Shown piece after piece: positions 43,851 to 53,346 of a stretch of DNA of 64,000 nucleotides (its first letter is position 1; every line of letters begins with the position of its first letter). The position numbers were made by a program, and so were the translations under genes. The notes under the pieces are model-generated. The model was not told where the DNA came from, did not search any database, and worked only from the letters and a program-made list of their open reading frames with translations. The DNA is from Dehalococcoidia bacterium (GTDB lineage Bacteria; Chloroflexota; Dehalococcoidia; Bin125): NCBI GenBank assembly GCA_965203775.1, contig OZ241913.1, forward strand, positions 2,522,366 to 2,586,365. The letters are read 5' to 3'.

Positions 43851-43943
43851 GGCCTCCTTCAAAGAGGGAGGACCGGAATTCCCGGAGAGGAGCAGAACGA
43901 GGAGTAGGATGGGCAGGAGCCGGTTCGATGAGGGGAGCGCGTC

Positions 43944-44414
43944 ATGGCGGTTGAAGTGGGACAACAGGTGCCGGACTTTGCGCTGCTGGCGGGCGACCGC
44001 CAGGAACACCGGCTGAGCGACTACCGCGGCCAGCCCGTCGTGGTCGCCTGGTACGTGCTCGCCTTCACCGGCGGTTGAACGAACGAGTTGAGCCGCTTCC
44101 AGGAGCTCTACGACGAGTTCCAGGCGGCCGGAGCCCAGGTGCTGGGCCTGAGCGTCGATTCACCGTTCGCGGCCGGAGCCTACGCGCAGGAGCTGGGCCT
44201 GAGCTTCCCCCTGCTGGGCGACTTCCCCTACGGCAAGACGGGCAAGGTCTGGGGCATCCTCAACGAGGAGCGGGGCGTCACGGCGCGGATGACCTACGTG
44301 ATCGACCGCGAGGGAATCGTGCGTCAGATCATCGACGCGCCGCGCGACTTCGCGCTCCACGCCGAGCAGTCGCTCGAGCAGGTCAAGGCGCTCGCCGCAG
44401 AGTCGGCCGATTAG
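43944..44414 (+). CDS. Peroxiredoxin (AhpE/BCP-like), probable selenoprotein with in-frame TGA at 44076-44078
   Basis: GAGGGGAG SD; MAVEVGQQVPDFAL...VVAWYVLAFTGG-TGA-TNEL...GLSVDS...FPLLGD...R.TYVIDREG; TGA sits at the peroxidatic Cys. Confidence 0.85.
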
Positions 44415-44648
44415 CGCAAGCCGGCGGCGGCTCGACGGAGCCGGGCGGCGCTGTAGCCGTGTACAACGGGGGCAGTGCGGGGCATAGTGGGCATAACGGT
44501 GTAAAGCGGGGGCAAACGACTCGCGCGGCGCTTGCGGTTTCGCCGCGAGTGTTCAACGATAAGACTGTCAGCCGTTGTTCCGCCGAGTAGGGCTTACACG
44601 CGGTTGACTTCCCCAATGTGGCGGGGGGCGGCTCAAGGGAGTCGTCGA

Positions 44649-44921
44649 ATGGTCACCGAAATCGCACCGCAGACCTGCGTCCACAGTTGGGTGCTCGCTT
44701 CGCCCGACGGATCCACCAGCCCGGGGCAATGCGTCAAGTGCGGCGAGCGCCGCCGCTTCGCCAACTCGTTCCCCGACATGGAGCGCACCAACAACTCCGA
44801 CCTCTTCGGAGAGCGCAAGCGCGGCGGGTCGCGCGGCTACGACGGCTACGTCGAGAGCACCGACATGGACATCGAGCTGGCGCTCAACTCGATGCGCGGC
44901 TACCGCCCGCGCTTCGCCTAG
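44649..44921 (+). CDS. Small Cys/His metal-binding hypothetical protein
   Basis: AGGGAG SD; CVHSW...GQCVKCG. Confidence 0.6.
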   Translation: MVTEIAPQTCVHSWVLASPDGSTSPGQCVKCGERRRFANSFPDMERTNNSDLFGERKRGGSRGYDGYVESTDMDIELALNSMRGYRPRFA

Positions 44922-44967
44922 GGCCTGATCGGCAGGCCCCGGGCCACGGCTCGGCTACACTGCCCGC

Positions 44968-45243
44968 GTGAGCGCATCACCGGGCGGCGACGCCAACCTG
45001 GCCAGCTATCGGGTCCGCACCCTCCCCTTCGAGGAGTGGCTGGACGTCGACACCCTGCTGCACCGCAGCTCGGTCACCAGCGGCGAGTTCGACTACGTCC
45101 TGCGCCCGCTCTGCCCGGAGTGCGGCAAAGAGTGCGAGCTCGAGTACGACGTGACGGAGGAAGGCGCGGAGGTAATCTCCGCGCTGGTCTGCCACGCCTG
45201 TAGCGAGCTCTGGGAAGCCGACGAGCCGGCCGAACAGGGCTGA
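44968..45243 (+). CDS. Small acidic zinc-ribbon hypothetical protein
   Basis: CPECG...CHACS; high-GC3 codon pattern. Confidence 0.55.
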   Translation: MSASPGGDANLASYRVRTLPFEEWLDVDTLLHRSSVTSGEFDYVLRPLCPECGKECELEYDVTEEGAEVISALVCHACSELWEADEPAEQG

Positions 45244-45305
45244 GCGGGCCGGTCAAGGTAGGCTGAGCGCAGCAGAACCGCAGCAGAGAGAGCGAAGCAG
45301 GGCCG

Positions 45306-45581
45306 ATGAGCATCGTTGTGCGGATACCCACGCCCTTGCGCGGGCTGACCGGCGACCTGGATGTGGTCGACGGCGCCGGCGCGTCGCTGACCGAACTGGT
45401 CGCCGATCTCGAACAGCGCTACCCGGGCATCGCCGAGCGCGTGGTCGACGAAGGCGGCGAAATGCGCCGCTTCGTCAACATCTTCGTCAACGGCGAAGAT
45501 GTCCGCTTCCTTGACGGCATGGCCACGGCGATCAGTGAGGGCGACGAGGTCAGCATCGTCCCCGCCGTGGCCGGCGGCTGA
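45306..45581 (+). CDS. MoaD/ThiS/CysO-family ubiquitin-like sulfur carrier
   Basis: VRIPTPLR, RRFVNIFVNGEDVR, C-terminal PAVAGG. Confidence 0.9.
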   Translation: MSIVVRIPTPLRGLTGDLDVVDGAGASLTELVADLEQRYPGIAERVVDEGGEMRRFVNIFVNGEDVRFLDGMATAISEGDEVSIVPAVAGG

Positions 45582-45588
45582 GCGCCTC

Positions 45589-46374
45589 ATGACGCTGCGC
45601 ATCGAACGCGACGGCAAAATCGCCACCGTCACGCTCGACCGCCCCGAGCGGATGAACGCCATCTCGCCCGAAATGGGCCGCGAGCTGGACGCCTTCTGGC
45701 GCGAATTCGACGCGGACGACGCGCTGCACATCGCGATCCTGACCGGCGCGGGCCGCGCCTTCTGCGCCGGACGCGACCTCGTGCGCGACTCCGCCCACGA
45801 CGACGAGCGCGCCCGCGCGCGCCGCAGCGCGGACGACGCCGACGGCCTCGGCTCCTGGGGTCCGACCTCGACCAACAAGCCGGTCATCGCCGCAATCAAC
45901 GGCTGGTGTCTGGCGGGCGGCTTCGCGCTGGCGCTCTCCTGCGACATTCGGATCATGGCCGAGGGCGCGCGGATCGGCAGCATGGCCCCCAAACGCGGCC
46001 TGGTCCCCGGCGGCGGCCAGGTGCAGCGCCTCGCCCGCTACGTCCCCTTCGGCGTCGCACTCGAAATCCTCCTCCGAGCTAACCACGTAGACGCCCAGGA
46101 AGCCCGCCGAATCGGCCTCGCCAACGCCGTGACAACCCCCGAAGAACTGCTGCCGACGGCGCAAGCCTGGGCCGAAGAGATCGCCGCCAACGCCCCGCTC
46201 GCCGTGCGCGCCGTAAAGCAGGCCGCCTACGAGGGCGTCCTCACCCCCTCAGGCTTCGCCGAAGGCATGGCCATCGAAAGCCGCCTCTACTCCCAAATCA
46301 TGGAAACCGAAGACGCCAGAGAAGGCACCACCGCCTTCGCCGAAAAGCGCAACGCCCACTTCCAAGGCCGCTAG
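45589..46374 (+). CDS. Enoyl-CoA hydratase/isomerase family protein
   Basis: RPERMNA, AFCAGRD, KPVIAAING..LAGG, DAREG..AFAEKR. Confidence 0.9.
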   Translation: MTLRIERDGKIATVTLDRPERMNAISPEMGRELDAFWREFDADDALHIAILTGAGRAFCAGRDLVRDSAHDDERARARRSADDADGLGSWGPTSTNKPVIAAINGWCLAGGFALALSCDIRIMAEGARIGSMAPKRGLVPGGGQVQRLARYVPFGVALEILLRANHVDAQEARRIGLANAVTTPEELLPTAQAWAEEIAANAPLAVRAVKQAAYEGVLTPSGFAEGMAIESRLYSQIMETEDAREGTTAFAEKRNAHFQGR

Positions 46375-47088
46375 CCGTCATTCCCGCGCAGGCCGCTAGC
46401 CGTCATTCCCGCGCAGGCAGGAACGCACGCGCACTCCCAACCCCCGCATCCCCCTCCCCCAATTCATCCCTCCCCCCTTCCAGGGGGGAGGTTAGGTGGG
46501 GGGTGGAACGCCGCGCCACCACCCCTGCCCATGCGTGCCCCGATCACCCCACGCCGCTCCCTCTCCTCCAGCCCTGCGCCTCCTCCGTCATTCCTGCTCC
46601 CGCGCCCCCCACCCGTCATTCCTGCGCAGGCAGGAACGCACGCGCACTCCCAACCCCCGCCTCCCCCCTCCCCCAATTCATCCCTCCCCCCTTCCAGGGG
46701 GGAGGTTAGGTGGGGGGTGGAATGCCGCGAGCCACCCCCGCCCGTGCGCGCCCCGATCACCTCACCCCCCTCCCCCACCCGTCACTCCTGCCCCCCCCCC
46801 CGTCATTCCTGCTCCCGCGCGTCATTCCTCCCCCCTCCGTCATTCCTGCTCCCGCGCCCCCCTCCGTCATTCCTGCGCAGGCAGGAACCGGCAGTAGAAC
46901 CGCACGCGCCCTCCCCTCCCCAATTCATCCCTCCCCCTCCCAGGGGGGAGGTTAGGTGGGGGGTGGAAAGCCGCGCCACCACCGCCCATGCGTGCCCCGA
47001 TCACCCCACCCCCCTCCCTCACCCGTCATTCCTACCCCCACCCGTCATTCCCGCGCCCCCCTCCGTCATTCCTGCGCAGGCAGGAACC
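46375..47088. repeat. Repeat A/B mosaic cluster between convergent genes
   Basis: Three repeat-B copies (~46458, ~46672, ~46918), several repeat A copies, many GTCATTCC half units. Confidence 0.88.
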
Positions 47089-47713
47089 CAGGCAGCGCCT
47101 CCCCAACCCACTCCGTCAGGATCCCCCAAACCACATCACGCCGCTGCCGCAGCGAGTGCGTCGCCTCCGGCAAAACATGCAACGCCTTCGGCTCCGCGGC
47201 CTGCGCGTAGACCCACTCCGAGAGACGCGGCGGCAGCCGCCAGTCGGCCGCGCCGTGAACCAGCAGCAGCGAGCGCGGCGGCAGACGCTCAAGATCGCCA
47301 ATCTCGATCCCCGCCGTCTGCGTAGCCAGCGCCGCCGCCCCGACCGCCAGCGGCGACCGCGCCGCCGCGCGAATCACGATCGCCCCGCCGTAGGAGTGCC
47401 CAATCAGCGCAACCCGCTGGAGCCCGCTCTCGCCCAACCATGCCAGCCCGGCGAGCACATCCTCCGTGCCCGCCTCGATCGGGCCGGGCGAGGTCTTGAT
47501 CCGAAAATCGAGCCGCAGCACACCGACGCCCAGCGGCGGCAGATCGGCGGCCAGGTCCGCATAGATGCCGTTGGCCGGACCGTCAAACCCGCCGTCGAAC
47601 CCGCCCACGCAGAGGATCGCCCCGCGCGCCGCCGCGAGCGGTCCGCTCGGCGGATGCCAGAGCGCGTCGAGCGGGTCGCCCGGCGAGGCAATGCGGACTG
47701 CGTTACAACTCAT
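47066..47713 (-). CDS. Alpha/beta hydrolase
   Basis: GHSYGG nucleophile elbow, HGAAD, ATH; last codons (FLPAQE-stop) lie in a repeat A copy. Confidence 0.8.
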   Translation of the reverse strand: MSCNAVRIASPGDPLDALWHPPSGPLAAARGAILCVGGFDGGFDGPANGIYADLAADLPPLGVGVLRLDFRIKTSPGPIEAGTEDVLAGLAWLGESGLQRVALIGHSYGGAIVIRAAARSPLAVGAAALATQTAGIEIGDLERLPPRSLLLVHGAADWRLPPRLSEWVYAQAAEPKALHVLPEATHSLRQRRDVVWGILTEWVGEALPGFLPAQE

Positions 47714-47751
47714 CGGCGGCAGCGTAGCGGCGCGCGGGATACCCTTGCGAA

Positions 47752-49140
47752 ATGAACGATCTCATCTGGCGATCGGCCTCCTGGATGGCCCGCGCGGTGC
47801 GCGAGCGCGAGGTCTCCGCGCGTGAGCTGGTCGACGCGCACCTCGAGCGGATCGCGGCGGTCAACCCGTCGCTCAACGCCGTGGTCGGGCTCTGCGCCGA
47901 GCGGGCGCGCTCCGAGGCCGACGCCGCCGATCGGGCGCTGTCCGGCGAAACAGTGGGCCCGCTGCACGGAGTCCCGATCACGCTCAAGGATTCGCACGAC
48001 ACCGCGGGCGTCGTAACGACCGGCGGCACGCTGGGGCGGCGCGGCTATCTGCCCGACGCCGACTCCACCGTGGCCGCGCGGCTGCGCGCCGCAGGCGCAA
48101 TTCTGCTCGGCAAAACCAACACGCCCGAACTCACGCTGTCCGGCGAGACGGACAATCTGGTCTACGGGCGCGCGAACAATCCCTGGAATCCTGAGCGCAC
48201 GCCGGGCGGTTCGAGCGGCGGCGCGGCGGCGATCATCGCCGCCGGCGGTTCGCCCCTGGACATGGGCAGCGACACCGGCGGCAGCATCCGGCTGCCCGCC
48301 CACTTCAGCGGCATCGCCGGCCTCAAGCCCACCTCCGGCCGCGTCCCCCGCACCGGCCACATCGTCCCCTGGGGAATGGGAGCGCTCGACGCCTGGACGA
48401 CGATCGGCCCGATGGCGCGCTACGTGGAAGACCTCGCGCTCACGCTGCCGATCATCAGCGGCCCGGACGGAATCGATCCGGCGATCGCGCCCGTGCCGCT
48501 GCGCGATCCGGCGGATGTCGCTCTCGGCAGTCTGCGGCTGGCCTGTTACACAGAAGTCGACGGCTTTCAACCGCCCAACGACGATGTGCGCGCTGCCGCG
48601 CAGGCGGCGGTCTCGGCGCTGGCGGAGGTCGTCGCCTCGGTGGAAGAGGACGCCCCGCCGGCATTAAGCCGCTTCAACGACCTCTCGCGCGGCGTGATGA
48701 TGGGCGACGGGCGGGCCTGGGTCATGCGAATGCTCGAGCGCTGGGGAACGGAGCGGATGTCGCCGTTCCTGGAGCAGAGCTTCGGCGAAGCCGAGCCCGT
48801 ATCGTCCGCCGAGTACAGCGAAACGCTTGAACAACAAGACCAATTCCGCAGCGAGATGCTGGGCTTCATCCAGAATTACGACGCGATCGTCGCGCCCGTC
48901 GCCTCAATCCCCGCGCCGACGCACGGCGCGACCTACGCGCCCGAAAATCGCGCCATGTTCTACACCGGCCCCTACAACCTCGCCGGCTGGCCCGGCGCAG
49001 TCGTGCGCTGCGGAACATCCGCCGACGGCCTGCCAATCGGCGTCCAGGTGCTGGCCGCGCCCTGGCGCGAAGACGTCGCGCTGGCGCTGGCAGCCGCGCT
49101 CGAGTCGGCGCTCGGCGGCTACGTCCGACCGCCGCTGTGA
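47752..49140 (+). CDS. Amidase signature family protein 1
   Basis: GVPITLKD, GKTNTPE, GGSSGG, GSDTGGSIR. Confidence 0.92.
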   Translation: MNDLIWRSASWMARAVREREVSARELVDAHLERIAAVNPSLNAVVGLCAERARSEADAADRALSGETVGPLHGVPITLKDSHDTAGVVTTGGTLGRRGYLPDADSTVAARLRAAGAILLGKTNTPELTLSGETDNLVYGRANNPWNPERTPGGSSGGAAAIIAAGGSPLDMGSDTGGSIRLPAHFSGIAGLKPTSGRVPRTGHIVPWGMGALDAWTTIGPMARYVEDLALTLPIISGPDGIDPAIAPVPLRDPADVALGSLRLACYTEVDGFQPPNDDVRAAAQAAVSALAEVVASVEEDAPPALSRFNDLSRGVMMGDGRAWVMRMLERWGTERMSPFLEQSFGEAEPVSSAEYSETLEQQDQFRSEMLGFIQNYDAIVAPVASIPAPTHGATYAPENRAMFYTGPYNLAGWPGAVVRCGTSADGLPIGVQVLAAPWREDVALALAAALESALGGYVRPPL

Positions 49141-50531
49141 GGCAGCTGCTCCAGCGATCGGCCTCCTGGATGGCGCGCGCGGTGCGCGAGCGCGAGGTCT
49201 CCGCGCGCGAACTGGTCGACGCGCACCTCGAACGAATCGCGGCGGTCAATCCATCGCTCAACGCCGTGGTCGAGCTATGCGCCGAACGGGCGCGCGCGGA
49301 GGCCGACGCCGCCGATCGCGCGCTGTCCGGCGAAACTGTGGGACCGCTGCACGGAGTGCCGTTCACGCTCAAGGACTCGCACGACACTGCCGGCGTGGTC
49401 TCCACCGGCGGCACGCTGGGGCGCAAGGGCTACGTGCCCGCGGCGGACTCAACAGTGGCCGCGCGGCTGCGCGCGGCCGGCGCGATTCTGCTGGGCAAGA
49501 CCGCCTGCCCCGAGCTGACCCAGGCGCACAACGGCAACGCGATGCACCCGCCCGCCAACAACCCCTACGACCTCTCGCGCACCCCGGGCGGTTCCAGCGG
49601 CGCATGCGCCGCCTTGGTGGCGGCCGGCGGCTCCCCGCTCGATTTCGGCAGCGACACCGGCGGCAGCATCCGCGGGCCCGCCCACTGCTGCGGCATCGCC
49701 GGACTCAAGCCCACCTCCGGCCGCGTCCCGCGCACAGGCCACATCATCGCCTGGGGCTTGGGCGCAATGGACGCCCTCACCCAAATCGGCCCGATGGCGC
49801 GCTACGTCGAAGACCTCGCGCTCACGCTGCCAATCATCAGCGGCCCCGACGGCGTAGACCCGGCAATCGCCCCCGTGCCGCTGGGCGATCCCAACGCGGT
49901 CGATCTGCGCAGCCTGCGCATCGCCTGGTACGCCGAGGCAGACGGCCACGCCGCAGTGGACGCCGATGTGCAGCAAGTAGTCCGCGACGCGGCGGACGCG
50001 CTGCGCGACATAACCGCATCAGTCGCCGAAGACGCCCCGCCAATGCTGGCCGACTACTTCAATCTGCGCGAGCGCGTCGACGGAGCCGACGATTTCAACT
50101 GGGTGCGGCGTCTGCTCAGCCAGCACGGCACAGCCGAAACCGAGCTATCGCCCCAGCTGCGCGGCCTCTGGGCGGAGTCGCGCTCATCGACGCTGGCCGA
50201 TTTCACGCTCGCGCTCGAAGAGCAGGACCAATTCCGCAGCAAAATGCTCGGCTGGATGCGCAACTACGACGCAGTGCTCGCCCCAGGCGCAGTCTCAGCC
50301 GCCGCCAAGCACGACGGGTCAGACGACGGCGGGATCCGCTCAGTGCGCGCCAACTACTGGGGCGCATACAACCTCGCCGGCTGGCCCGGCGCCACCGTCC
50401 GCTGCGGCACCTCAACGGACGGCCTCCCAATCGGCGTGCAAGTCCTGGCCGCCCCCTGGCGCGAAGACATCGCCCTGGCAGTAGCCGCCCACCTAGAACA
50501 AACCCAAGGCGGCTGGCGCCCCCCGCCGTAG
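49137..50531 (+). CDS. Amidase signature family protein 2 (tandem paralog)
   Basis: Same catalytic motifs; N-terminal half nearly identical to paralog 1. Confidence 0.92.
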   Translation: MRQLLQRSASWMARAVREREVSARELVDAHLERIAAVNPSLNAVVELCAERARAEADAADRALSGETVGPLHGVPFTLKDSHDTAGVVSTGGTLGRKGYVPAADSTVAARLRAAGAILLGKTACPELTQAHNGNAMHPPANNPYDLSRTPGGSSGACAALVAAGGSPLDFGSDTGGSIRGPAHCCGIAGLKPTSGRVPRTGHIIAWGLGAMDALTQIGPMARYVEDLALTLPIISGPDGVDPAIAPVPLGDPNAVDLRSLRIAWYAEADGHAAVDADVQQVVRDAADALRDITASVAEDAPPMLADYFNLRERVDGADDFNWVRRLLSQHGTAETELSPQLRGLWAESRSSTLADFTLALEEQDQFRSKMLGWMRNYDAVLAPGAVSAAAKHDGSDDGGIRSVRANYWGAYNLAGWPGATVRCGTSTDGLPIGVQVLAAPWREDIALAVAAHLEQTQGGWRPPP

Positions 50532-50545
50532 TGCGAACAGCCCTA

Positions 50546-51392
50546 GGGCCTGTTCACACTACGGGGGAGAGCGGCTAATCTGGTGGCGGCGACGGGGCGG
50601 CGAGGGCCGCCATGTGCAAAGCACTGACCGAGGCGCAGTACGCGCGGATCGCGCACGTGTTCCCCGTGCAGCGGGGCAATGTCGCGATCCCCAACCTGCA
50701 AGTGCTCAACGCGCTGCTCTACATCGCCGAGCAGGCCTGCAAGTGGCGCGCGCTGCCGGAGCGCTTCGGGCGCTGGCACACGATCTATACGCGGCTCAAC
50801 CGCTGGACCAAGCAGGGCGTGCTGCAGCGGGTCTGGGCGGAACTGCTGCGCGAGCGGCTGGCGGAGGGGGAGTTTCCCGCGGCCGCCTTGGACAGCACGA
50901 TTATCGGCGTGCACCAGCAAGGCGCGGGGGCGCCGAAAAAAGGGGGCCTCAAGCGATTGGGCGCTCGCGCGGCGGGCTGACCACCAAGCTGCACGTCGTC
51001 GCGATCGACGACTACACCCCGCTGGCGCTCTCGCTCACCCCGGGCCAGTGGGGCGACGCGCCCGAAGGCCGCCAACTGCTGGAGCAGTTGGGCGAACAAC
51101 AGGGCGCGCCGGCGCTGCTGATGGATCGCGCCTACGAGGGCGACCCGACCCGCGAGCTCGCCGCCGCGCTGCGCTGGCTCACCGTCGTCCCGCCGATGCC
51201 GCAGCGCAGCGAACCCTGGGAGTACGACCGCGAACTCTACAAAGAACGCAACATCGTCGAGCGGCTGTTCAGCCGGCTCAAGCGCTTCCGACACCTCGCC
51301 ACCCGCTACGACAAGCTCGACGCCCTCTTCCTCGGCTTCATCCACCTCGTCCTGATCTTCGACAACCTCTCCCGCGTAGTGTGAACAGGCCC
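50546..51392 (+). mobile_element. IS5-family (IS427-like subgroup) element, 847 bp
   Basis: 25-bp IRs GGGCCTGTTCACACTACG(G/C)GGGAGA (24/25 match), flanked by TA on both sides; two overlapping ORFs. Confidence 0.9.
50612..51384 (+). CDS. IS5-family transposase, OrfA/OrfB joined by -1 frameshift at AAAAAAGGGGG (50936-50946)
   Basis: OrfA WRALPERFGRWHTIY.R..RW, LDST; OrfB IGRSRGGLTTKLH, DRAY, RNIVERLF..LKRFR..ATRYDK. Confidence 0.88.
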
Positions 51393-51405
51393 TAAGGCCA
51401 GCCCC

Positions 51406-52320
51406 TCAGACGCGCCGCCGCCGCACCGGATCCAGCCGCTCGGTGAGCACATCGCTGAGGAAGTTCAGCGAGGTCAACATCAGCGCCAGAATCACCACCG
51501 GCCCGATCACGAAGTGCGGCGCATCGCGCATGAACGGGCGGCCCTCCTGCATGATCGCGCCGAGCGTGGGATCGGGCAGCTCCGCGCCGAGCCCGAGGAA
51601 ATTGAGCGCGGCCATAATCAGCACCGAGGCGACGATCGCCAGCGGCACCTGCACCGTGAACGCGCCGAACGTGTTGGGCGCGACATGTCGGAAGAGAATG
51701 CGCGACCCGGAGAGCCCCAGGCAGCGCCCCGCCAGCACATAGTCGCGCTCGCGCTCGCGCAATACGCCCGCCCGCGCCAGGCGCGCCGAGCCGGGGATGT
51801 TGAAGAACGCGATCGCCACCGCCACGCTGAAAATGCCCGAGCCCATGATCGTGATCAGCAGGATCGCGAAGATGATCCCGGGGAAGGCGAGCAGCACGTC
51901 GACGCCGCGCATGATCAGCGTGTCCGTGTTGCCTCCTCTCCAACCGGCCGTGTAGCCGATCACGATGCCAACCAGCCAGCCGGCCAGCACGGCGGCGAAG
52001 CCGTGCTTGATCGTGCGCCCCAGACCGATCGAGTTGCGCGCCAGCAGGTCGCGCGAGAGATGATCGGTGCCCATCGGACTGTCCCAACTGATCGGCCCGT
52101 TCTTCGGTCCGTCGCCGGGCCGGTTGGGGTCGGTCGGATCGAGCACGGGGAAGATGAAGGCGAAAAAGAGCAGCAGCAGCAGCACCGAGACGGCCAGCGC
52201 GCCGCGCGGCTCGCGCATGATCGCGCGCAGCTCTGCCCAGGCGACATGCAGGAAGTGGAAGCGCTCGACATCGCCCAGCTGCGGCGCCTCGACCTCGCCG
52301 GCCGGCGATGAGCGGCTCAT
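51406..52320 (-). CDS. Peptide/nickel ABC permease (DppC/OppC-like)
   Basis: MGTDHLSRD, LLAFPG, RHVAPN, FLGLG. Confidence 0.9.
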   Translation of the reverse strand: MSRSSPAGEVEAPQLGDVERFHFLHVAWAELRAIMREPRGALAVSVLLLLLFFAFIFPVLDPTDPNRPGDGPKNGPISWDSPMGTDHLSRDLLARNSIGLGRTIKHGFAAVLAGWLVGIVIGYTAGWRGGNTDTLIMRGVDVLLAFPGIIFAILLITIMGSGIFSVAVAIAFFNIPGSARLARAGVLRERERDYVLAGRCLGLSGSRILFRHVAPNTFGAFTVQVPLAIVASVLIMAALNFLGLGAELPDPTLGAIMQEGRPFMRDAPHFVIGPVVILALMLTSLNFLSDVLTERLDPVRRRRV

Positions 52321-53288
52321 CAGCGCGCCTCCGCGCTGCCGCCGATGCGGATGCGCGGGTCGAGCCCCACGTAGGCCAGATCGACCAGCAGGTTGACCAC
52401 CACGAAGACGAACACCAGCAGCAGCGTGGTGGCCTGGATCACGGTGTAGTCGCGATTGTTGACCGCGTTAATCAGCGCGCGCCCGAGGCCGGGCCAGGTG
52501 AACACGGTTTCAATCACCAGCGTGCCGCTGAGGATCGAGGCCAACTCGAGACCCATGATCGTGACGACCGGTATCATGCTGGGGCGCAGCGCGTGGCGGG
52601 CGATCACCGCGCGCGAGGTCAGCCCTTTGGCCCGCGCGGTGCGGATGTAGTCCTCGGTCAGCGTATCGAGCAGCGACTGCCGGGTGAAGCGGCTGATGTT
52701 GGCCGCCACGATCCCGCCCAGCGCCAAGCCCGGCAGCGCAAGGTGTTTGAGCGCTTCGGCCGGATCCTCCGTCAGCGGCACGCGGCCGGAAACTGGAAAG
52801 AGATCAAGCCAGACGGCGAAGACGATCAGGTAGACCAACCCCGCGATGAACGAGGGCACCCCGATGTTCCAGCCCGTCCAGCCCGCCGCGAACCAGTCGA
52901 GCGGTCCGCCGCGGTTGACCGCCGCCGCGATGCCCAGCAGCAGCCCCAGCGTGAAGCCGATGATGATCGCCACCCCGGCCAACTCCACCGAAGCGGGAAT
53001 CGCGTTCCAGAGAATCTCCGTGACCGGCAGCCCGGTCAGCGAGTCGCCGAACTCAAGCGTGAGCACATCGCCAAGCCAGATCCAGTACTGCTCGTAGATC
53101 GGGCGGGTCAGGCCGAGCTCTTCGCGCAGCCGCTCGTAGGTCTCCGCGTCGACGCCGCCCATCGCGTCGCCGATCGCCGCGGCGACCGGGTCGCCGGGAA
53201 TCAGCCGCACGGAGACGAAGATCAGGATCGAGGCGACAAAGAGGACCGGGATCAGTTGGGTGATCAACCGCCGCAGAACGTAAGCCAT
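52320..53288 (-). CDS. Peptide/nickel ABC permease (DppB/OppB-like)
   Basis: PGDP, DYIRTARAKGL, ETVFTWPGLG, LDPRI. Confidence 0.92.
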   Translation of the reverse strand: MAYVLRRLITQLIPVLFVASILIFVSVRLIPGDPVAAAIGDAMGGVDAETYERLREELGLTRPIYEQYWIWLGDVLTLEFGDSLTGLPVTEILWNAIPASVELAGVAIIIGFTLGLLLGIAAAVNRGGPLDWFAAGWTGWNIGVPSFIAGLVYLIVFAVWLDLFPVSGRVPLTEDPAEALKHLALPGLALGGIVAANISRFTRQSLLDTLTEDYIRTARAKGLTSRAVIARHALRPSMIPVVTIMGLELASILSGTLVIETVFTWPGLGRALINAVNNRDYTVIQATTLLLVFVFVVVNLLVDLAYVGLDPRIRIGGSAEAR

Positions 53289-53346
53289 GACCGTTCAACG
53301 CCTCTAGCTGCGCGGCCTCAGTTCCAGCTCCCCAGATACGGGCGGG

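Noticed and set aside
43944-44414. Peroxiredoxin pseudogene
   Set aside because: The only lesion is a TGA exactly at the catalytic Cys, which favours selenocysteine; not formally excluded without the sel genes
44505-44585. c-di-GMP-I riboswitch (GGCAAAC start)
   Set aside because: Lacks the GAAA tetraloop stem and GACGCAAAG core; only a generic hairpin is supportable
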